Shown one piece after another: positions 57,752 through 64,000 of a DNA stretch of 64,000 bases. The stretch covers positions 5,568,001 through 5,632,000 of the forward strand of contig CBDFKD010000002.1 in the NCBI GenBank assembly GCA_965248695.1, given 5' to 3'. Numbering within the stretch: position 1 is the first letter of the stretch; each line of letters begins with the position of its first letter. Both the position numbers and the translations under genes were made by a program. This DNA comes from Acidobacteriota bacterium. Lineage in GTDB: Bacteria; Acidobacteriota; UBA890; WLXD01. The notes beneath the pieces are model-generated. The model was not told the DNA's origin, made no database searches, and was given only the letters and a program-made list of their open reading frames with translations.

Positions 57752-59413
57752 TTACCGCTCGTAGACGATCTCGCCACCGAGGATGGTGGCGTCGACCCCG
57801 ACGTCGAACATCTCCGCGCCCTGCAACCGCGTCGGGTCTGCCGACAACACGGCTAAGTCCCCGAGCTTGCCAACCGCAATCGAGCCCTTCTCTCGCTCTT
57901 CGAAGCCAGCGCGCGCCGCCCAGATGGTGTGCATCCGCAGGGCGTCCTCAAAGCCGAGCTCCTCGCCCGGCGGCGTGCCGCCGCCGTCCTCCGGCGAGGC
58001 CATCAACGAGGCGATTGCCCCCATGGGACTGAAGACCGGCACGGTGCCGGTGGCGTCCGACACCGCCACCGGGCGAACGCCCTGCTGAACGAGCGTGCGG
58101 TATCGCGGGACTGTCCGGGGCGTCGTGCGCGGCGGTGTGCTCCTCTGCTGCTGGGGCGTGATGATCGGGATGAGGCCGAGCTCCGCAAGGCGTTCGATGC
58201 GATCGAGCGCCTCGACGTCTCCGCCGTGCTCGAGCCGGTGGCGCATGGGCGTCGGATCGTGTTGCAGCGCCGCCTCGACGGCCGCCTCGGCGGCCATATG
58301 TCCCGGATCGGTGACCACGTGCATCATGAGCTGCACCCCGGCGGTATGCGCCCGAAGCACGAACTCGTCGAGCTCCGGTTGTGTCCACTTGAAGTCGGTA
58401 AAGGCGCGACCCAGACCATCGCTGCCGGCGCCGTCGACGAAGATCTTGACGCCGCCGAAGCGGAACATGTCGTTGCCGAACCCTGACTGAAGCCCGATCT
58501 CCAAGAAGTGGTCGAGCCCGAACAGGTGCGGCACGTGGTAGTAGGCGCGCAGGCGAATCGGTAGCTCACCGGAAGCCTGCACCGCCTGGTCGGCCAGAAG
58601 ATCGGTTCCGGCCAGCGGCAACGTCTGGATCGAGGTAATCGCCTTGGCCACGAACAGCTCCGAGGCGTGAGCCCGGAGCGCTGCCTCGACCTCTGCGACC
58701 GTGTAGGCGGGCGGCAACGTCCAGATCTCCGTTGCGATACCTGTCGGATCTCCCCCAGGATCACGATGCACGAGCGCCCCCCGGGGCGCCGCGTCGTCCG
58801 AGTCCCAGAGACCGAGCTCCCGAAGACCTCGCGTGTTCACCATGCCGACGTGGAAGCCGGCGTAGAGGATCAGCGGGTGGTCCTCGGTGATGGCGTCAAG
58901 CTCGTGGCGATCGGGGAGCCGACCCTCCTCGACGCGGCCAGCCATGCCGAACGAACCCCGACCGATGATCCATCGTCCGTTGGGGCTCTCCGCCGCTTTC
59001 GACTGCAGCGCTGCCTTGATCTCGCGGAGACTGGTGAACGGAGGCGTGTGGCAGGCGACTTGATAGGCGCTCGCGTTGCACGCCATCTCGAAGTGGACGT
59101 GAGCATCGACGAAACCGGGGACGACCCCACGCCCGTCGGCGTCGAAGACGGGGGCTGTCCCGGCGGCCGCGCTCACAGCCTCGTTGCTGCCGACCAACGC
59201 GATGCGGCCAGCGCGTACGAGTACTGCCTCGGCTCGCGGTTGGTCCGTCTCGAGGGTCACGACGCTACCGTTGACCAGCGCCAGGTCCCGCGCCCAGCGG
59301 CCGCCGCCGCCAGCAGCCGGGCCCATGCCTGTCCCGGGCGCTCCGCAGCCGATCGGGAGCGTGGCCCCGACGCCTGCGGCGGCACCGATCTTGAGCAGGT
59401 CGCGTCGTCTCAT
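57752..59413 (-). CDS. Tat-exported (lipoprotein?) amidohydrolase, Amidohydro_3 family
   Basis: RRRDLLK signal, then LPIGC; PGFVDAHVH, GGVKIFVDG, RHRLEH; paralog of 36044-37696. Confidence 0.9.
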   Translation of the reverse strand: MRRRDLLKIGAAAGVGATLPIGCGAPGTGMGPAAGGGGRWARDLALVNGSVVTLETDQPRAEAVLVRAGRIALVGSNEAVSAAAGTAPVFDADGRGVVPGFVDAHVHFEMACNASAYQVACHTPPFTSLREIKAALQSKAAESPNGRWIIGRGSFGMAGRVEEGRLPDRHELDAITEDHPLILYAGFHVGMVNTRGLRELGLWDSDDAAPRGALVHRDPGGDPTGIATEIWTLPPAYTVAEVEAALRAHASELFVAKAITSIQTLPLAGTDLLADQAVQASGELPIRLRAYYHVPHLFGLDHFLEIGLQSGFGNDMFRFGGVKIFVDGAGSDGLGRAFTDFKWTQPELDEFVLRAHTAGVQLMMHVVTDPGHMAAEAAVEAALQHDPTPMRHRLEHGGDVEALDRIERLAELGLIPIITPQQQRSTPPRTTPRTVPRYRTLVQQGVRPVAVSDATGTVPVFSPMGAIASLMASPEDGGGTPPGEELGFEDALRMHTIWAARAGFEEREKGSIAVGKLGDLAVLSADPTRLQGAEMFDVGVDATILGGEIVYER

Positions 59414-59754
59414 GCTACGTCACTCATGGCATTCGACCGTTCTACGGCGACTCTTCCACCCGGGATTTCCGAGAGATGACCCGAGTCGCGTTCTTGGCTT
59501 GGTCTATCAGGGACGCTCTTGACTCAACCACTGACCGCCGGAAGCTTCAAGGGATCGTCGTCCGTCCTTGCATCGATCTGTCCCAGCCAGGGGTTGCTTC
59601 GTCGACGTAGACAAGCTCGTCGTAGCCATCGCTCACGCGGTGGATCCCTTGAGGAGCCTGACGGTCAGTGATTGACTCCTGGCGGTTCCCGATACTGACC
59701 AAGCCAAGACCGTGACCCGACCAGGGTCTCCCAGGAAATCCCGGGAGGTGAACA

Positions 59755-61566
59755 ATGCCGCGCAGATCATCGACCGAAACCGGGCTCCGTCTGTTGATCG
59801 CATTGCTGGCGAGCCTGAGCCTATCAGCGTGTCAGCCGTCAACGCAGGACGCGTCGCCACGCGATGGTGACGGTCCTGCCGATCTGGTCTTGCGCGGGGG
59901 TAAGTTCTTTACCCTCGACGAAGCCCAGGTCTGGGCGGAAGCCGTCGCGATCAAGGAGGGCAGGTTCGTCTACGTCGGCGACGACGCCGGTGCACAGAGC
60001 CTTGTCGGCCCCGATACCGATCGCCATGACCTCGGCGGCAGGCTGACACTTCCCGGCCTGGTGGATTCCCATACCCACCCGGGTCTGATGGGGCGGGAGT
60101 CGGCCGGGTACATCGCCGTCCCCGTGGGTGGTGGTCCGAGAGGGAGTCTGCCCCGGCGCGGGAGCAACGAGGAGGTGGTCGCCGCGGTGCAGGCGTATGC
60201 CCAGGCCAACCCGGACCTTCCCTGGATCGAGATGGGTAGCTGGTCCGGACATGTTTACGGCAAAGCGGGTCCACACAGGAGCGATCTGGATCGCGTCGTA
60301 GCGGATCGACCGGTGATGCTGGGAGACGACACCGGCCATAGCGTTTGGGTCAATTCCAAGGCGCTCGAAATGATGGGCGTCGACAGGAACACACCCGATC
60401 CGGTACCCGGTCTGTCGATGTTCGTACGGGATGCCGATGGGGAGCCTACCGGCTGGATCAAGGAGTTCGCCGCCTGGCCCTATGCGCGGCCCATTGCCGC
60501 TGCCGTTGACCGGGAGGCCAACAAGGAGGGCATCGTCACCTTCTTGGAGTACCTATCACGCCACGGCGTCACTTCGCTCTTGGACGCCGGCAACTTCGAC
60601 TACCACGATCTCACCTACTCGTTGCTTGCCGAGCTGGAGGCCGCCGGTCGCCTGCCGATTCGCTACGAGGCCGCATATCACATCATCTTGCCCGATCAGG
60701 TGCCCGATGCGATCGATGAGCTACTACGGTTGCGCCGCACCTACGGCGGCGAACGTCTGACGTTCAACACCATCAAGATTCACTTCGACGGCACGGACGA
60801 GCTTCGTACCGGCGCGGTGCTCGAACCGTTCAGCGATGATCCGGGCAACCGCGGCACGACTCTCCTCGACACCGAGGAGCTCAGTGACTTCATCGTGAAG
60901 CTTCACGACGCCCGCATCGATCTGCACCTTCACATCATGGCCGACCGGGGCGTGCGCATCGCGCTGGATGCCGTGGAAGCAGCGCGGGGATCGGTCGACG
61001 GCGAGCTCTATCCGCGCGTCACCATCTGCCATCTGGATATCATCGACACCGCGGACTACCCCCGTTTCAAACAGCTCGGTGTCATTGCCAACTACACGCC
61101 CCAATGGCACGGCCTGGGAGACCGGCTGCCGTTGACCGCGCTGACCCTTGGCGATCGCTTCGAGAGGATGTTGCTGGTGCAGCCGTTACTGGATGACGGC
61201 GCCGTCGTCACCTTCTCCAGCGACGTGACATCGCTCAGTGGCATGGAGCGAGCCAACCCGTATCTCGGGATGCAGATCGGCCACAACCGCCAGTACCATG
61301 AGCAAGGTGCGGATGCGCCGATAAGGCTGCCGATGACCGAACGGCTGAACCTGGAGGATCTGATCAAGGGATACACCTCGAGCGGCGCCTATCAGCTCCG
61401 CGTGGAGGACCAGCTCGGCTCGATCGAGGTGGGCAAGCTCGCCGATCTGGTGGTGCTCGATCGAAACCTGTTCGAGGTGGACCGCTACGAGATCCACACG
61501 GTGCGCCCCGAAGCGGTCTTCATGGAAGGCGAGATCATCAGCGGAAGCCCGGACGCCTGGAGATGA
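59755..61566 (+). CDS. amidohydrolase lipoprotein, Amidohydro_3 / YtcJ-like
   Basis: Lipobox LSAC; PGLVDSHTH, IKIHFDG, FSSD, GSIEVGKLADLVVLD. Confidence 0.9.
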   Translation: MPRRSSTETGLRLLIALLASLSLSACQPSTQDASPRDGDGPADLVLRGGKFFTLDEAQVWAEAVAIKEGRFVYVGDDAGAQSLVGPDTDRHDLGGRLTLPGLVDSHTHPGLMGRESAGYIAVPVGGGPRGSLPRRGSNEEVVAAVQAYAQANPDLPWIEMGSWSGHVYGKAGPHRSDLDRVVADRPVMLGDDTGHSVWVNSKALEMMGVDRNTPDPVPGLSMFVRDADGEPTGWIKEFAAWPYARPIAAAVDREANKEGIVTFLEYLSRHGVTSLLDAGNFDYHDLTYSLLAELEAAGRLPIRYEAAYHIILPDQVPDAIDELLRLRRTYGGERLTFNTIKIHFDGTDELRTGAVLEPFSDDPGNRGTTLLDTEELSDFIVKLHDARIDLHLHIMADRGVRIALDAVEAARGSVDGELYPRVTICHLDIIDTADYPRFKQLGVIANYTPQWHGLGDRLPLTALTLGDRFERMLLVQPLLDDGAVVTFSSDVTSLSGMERANPYLGMQIGHNRQYHEQGADAPIRLPMTERLNLEDLIKGYTSSGAYQLRVEDQLGSIEVGKLADLVVLDRNLFEVDRYEIHTVRPEAVFMEGEIISGSPDAWR

Positions 61567-63740
61567 CTAGCGTGACTCGACACCGGCCATCAGGGAAACC
61601 CCGGATAAACCCACACAGACTGGGCATTGCGGCCAGCGCTGCGATCGTCGCGGCGATAGTGCTCGGTTTTGTCTCCCACGAAACACTGATGGGTGGCACG
61701 CTGCGGCGCCAAGCGACGGTGGCCAAGGGCATCGACAGCGTCGACGGTGCCCGCATCGCCGGGGCGGACGAGGAACCGGGGAACTGGTTCACCGGCGGCC
61801 GTACCTTCTCCGAGCAACGATTCTCGCCGTTGGCCCAGATCCACGAGGATAACGTCGGCGCGCTCGGCTTCGCCTGGGAATACGACCTGCGGACCAAGGA
61901 CCCGCTCGAGGCCTCGCCGGTCGTCATTGACGGCATCCTGTACGCCAGCGGCCCCTGGGGTCGCGTCTACGCCGTGGACGCCGCCACCGGTGAGGAGCTC
62001 TGGGCCTACGATCCCCAGGCGTCCGGCAGCTGGGCCCGCAAGGCGTGTTGTGGGGTGGTCAACCGCGGCTTGGCGGCCTGGAAGGGCTCTCTGTACGTGG
62101 CTTCGCTCGACGGTCGGCTCGTCCGACTGGACGCCCGTACGGGCGAGCCGCTTTGGGAGCAGGACACGCTGATTGATCGTGACCGTGACTACACCATCAC
62201 CAGCGCCCCTCGCGTCATCCGGGATCGCGTCGTCATTGGCAACAGCGGCGCCGAGTACGGGGTGCGCGGCTACGTCACCGCTTACGACGTCGAGTCGGGC
62301 GAGCTGGCGTGGCGCTTCTATACCGTGCCGGGCCATCCCGACCTGCCCTTCGAGCATCCCGAGATGGAGATGGCGGCGGCCACCTGGGACCCCGAATCGC
62401 TCTGGGAGTTCGGTGGCGGCGGCACCGTATGGGGCGACATGGCCTACGACCCGGAGGCGAACCTGCTGTACGTGGGAACGGGCAACGCCTCACCCTACCC
62501 GGTGGCCACCAGGAGCCCAGCCGGCGGCGACAACCTGTTTCTGGCATCGATTCTGGCCATCAACCCGGACACCGGTCGGCTCGTTTGGCACTACCAGACG
62601 ACGCCCGGAGAAAACTGGGACTACACGGCAACGCAGAACCTGATCCTGGCCGACCTGGAGATCGACGGACGCCAGCGACAGGTCATCATGCAGGCGCCGA
62701 AGAACGGCTTCTTCTATGTGATCGACCGGCGCACCGGCGAGCTGCTGTCCGCGGAACCGTACGTCACCGTGAACTGGGCCAGCCACGTGGATCTCGACAC
62801 CGGTCGTCCGATACAGGTGCCGGCCGGCGACTATGCCGATGAACCGAAGACGGTCAGCCCGTCGTGGTGGGGCGGGCACAACTGGCATCCGATGGCGTTC
62901 AGTCCGACGACGGGGTTCGTTTACATTCCGACGATCGAGTGGCCGACCACCTTCGAGCGTGTGCGCGACCCCCTCGTATACAGTCCGGGCCAGCAAGTCA
63001 CGGGAGTGAGGACCCAGGGCGGGTCGTTTCCCCACGATCCGCCCGAAAAGGACCCGCCCCACGCCCTCAAGGCCTGGGACCCGGTCGCCAACCGCGAGGT
63101 CTGGCGTGTGAGCTACCGTTTCCCCTACAATGGCGGACTGCTGACCACAGCCGGCAACCTGGTGTTCCAGGGGACGGTCGACGGTCGCCTGAAGGTCTAT
63201 GCCGCCGACACCGGGGCAGAGCTGGCGGACATCGAGGTCGGAACCAGCATCATGGCGGCGCCGGTCGCGTACCTCGTTGACGACACCCAGTTCATCGCCG
63301 TGATGGCCGGCTACGGCGGTGGATCGAGCGCCCGGGCATTCCCGGAGGGCTCGGCGGCGATCGAGCGCGGCAACGCCGGTCGCATGATCGCGTTCAAGCT
63401 CGACGGCGGGCCAGTGCCGCTGCCGTCAGTGGTTGATCCTCGCCCCGAAAGCCCGCTGCCGACTCGCCCGAACGTTGCCCCTGAAACCCTCGCTGAGGGC
63501 CAGCTGCTCTACCGCCGCTATTGCGCCGACTGCCATCGAATCGATGACCAGCCGACGATAGCGCCCAACCTGTTGCGCATGGGCTCCGCCGCTCGCGCCG
63601 GGTTCAAGCGCATCGTTCTCGAGGGGCTCCTCGAGGCCAACGGCATGCCCGACTTCGGCCTCGAGCTTGGCGACGCCCAGGTCGACGCGATTCACGCGTT
63701 TCTTGTCGAGACCGCCCACGAGGTACGGGGCAACGACTGA
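61563..63740 (+). CDS. PQQ-dependent quinohemoprotein alcohol dehydrogenase (type II)
   Basis: QRFSPL, ACCGVVNRG vicinal disulfide, GAEYGVRGY, WDYTATQ, KNGFFY; C-terminal CADCH...GMP. Confidence 0.92.
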   Translation: MTSVTRHRPSGKPRINPHRLGIAASAAIVAAIVLGFVSHETLMGGTLRRQATVAKGIDSVDGARIAGADEEPGNWFTGGRTFSEQRFSPLAQIHEDNVGALGFAWEYDLRTKDPLEASPVVIDGILYASGPWGRVYAVDAATGEELWAYDPQASGSWARKACCGVVNRGLAAWKGSLYVASLDGRLVRLDARTGEPLWEQDTLIDRDRDYTITSAPRVIRDRVVIGNSGAEYGVRGYVTAYDVESGELAWRFYTVPGHPDLPFEHPEMEMAAATWDPESLWEFGGGGTVWGDMAYDPEANLLYVGTGNASPYPVATRSPAGGDNLFLASILAINPDTGRLVWHYQTTPGENWDYTATQNLILADLEIDGRQRQVIMQAPKNGFFYVIDRRTGELLSAEPYVTVNWASHVDLDTGRPIQVPAGDYADEPKTVSPSWWGGHNWHPMAFSPTTGFVYIPTIEWPTTFERVRDPLVYSPGQQVTGVRTQGGSFPHDPPEKDPPHALKAWDPVANREVWRVSYRFPYNGGLLTTAGNLVFQGTVDGRLKVYAADTGAELADIEVGTSIMAAPVAYLVDDTQFIAVMAGYGGGSSARAFPEGSAAIERGNAGRMIAFKLDGGPVPLPSVVDPRPESPLPTRPNVAPETLAEGQLLYRRYCADCHRIDDQPTIAPNLLRMGSAARAGFKRIVLEGLLEANGMPDFGLELGDAQVDAIHAFLVETAHEVRGND

Positions 63741-63791
63741 GACTCCGACCGTCGCTCACTCAGCTGACGGAACGTAGCCAATGGCCTGTCG

Positions 63792-64000
63792 TCAGCGTTG
63801 TGTCCCGTCTTGGAGCTGCATCCCAAGACGCGCGTGCTGGTTGGAGAGCTCATTTCTGCCGAGTCGATTGTAGAGATCCGCCAGCAAGAGATGCCCTAGC
63901 ACCCGGTCCTGCCTGGTGATCGCTTGCGGCACCCCGCTCGCCGTCGCCGACTCGAGTCGCTGCAGCGCCCCCTCGACCAGCGGCACGGCCGCGTCGAGGC
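63792..64000 (-). CDS. 3' end of a second sulfatase-TPR paralog (partial)
   Basis: AVPLVEGALQRLES...QDRVLGHLLLADLYNRLGRNELSNQHARLG is nearly identical to the C-terminus of 27493-29940. Confidence 0.85.
   Translation of the reverse strand, partial: LDAAVPLVEGALQRLESATASGVPQAITRQDRVLGHLLLADLYNRLGRNELSNQHARLGMQLQDGTQR

Noticed and set aside
1-64000. tRNA, rRNA, riboswitch, integrase, prophage or defence genes
   Set aside because: None recognised by eye; a covariance-model search would be needed to exclude small RNAs

Overview
High-GC bacterial DNA; the gene content (Oar-type TonB receptor, sulfatase-TPR lipoproteins, split cytochrome b complex with a multiheme cytochrome c) suggests an Acidobacteriota-like diderm, which is inference only. 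About 1-15 kb is housekeeping: fmt, def, truA, galE, cdsA, rseP, ndk, mdh, icd, serA plus a class V aminotransferase, mobA, apgM and a GT2. About 15.5-26.8 kb is a respiratory operon: putative assembly genes, Rieske, split cytochrome b, an 8-heme cytochrome c, a blue-copper lipoprotein, ctaA, ctaB and DUF420. About 27.5-64 kb is an accessory region bracketed by two inverted sulfatase-TPR paralogs. It holds a TonB-dependent receptor with a sigma54-type promoter, an intact IS3 element, and about 17 genes whose products all appear to carry export signals. The most unusual feature is four Rieske non-heme-iron oxygenase alpha subunits with twin-arginine signal peptides, an enlarged Rieske loop and no reductase or ferredoxin gene in the window. 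Twice they sit directly upstream of Tat-exported spermidine-dehydrogenase-like flavoproteins. Nearby are two exported squalene-cyclase-fold proteins with a CxxCH motif, a sarcosine-oxidase-like enzyme, three amidohydrolases, a formamidase and a PQQ quinohemoprotein. Together this is a candidate extracytoplasmic amine or N-alkyl oxidation system. No rRNA, tRNA or CRISPR array was recognised.
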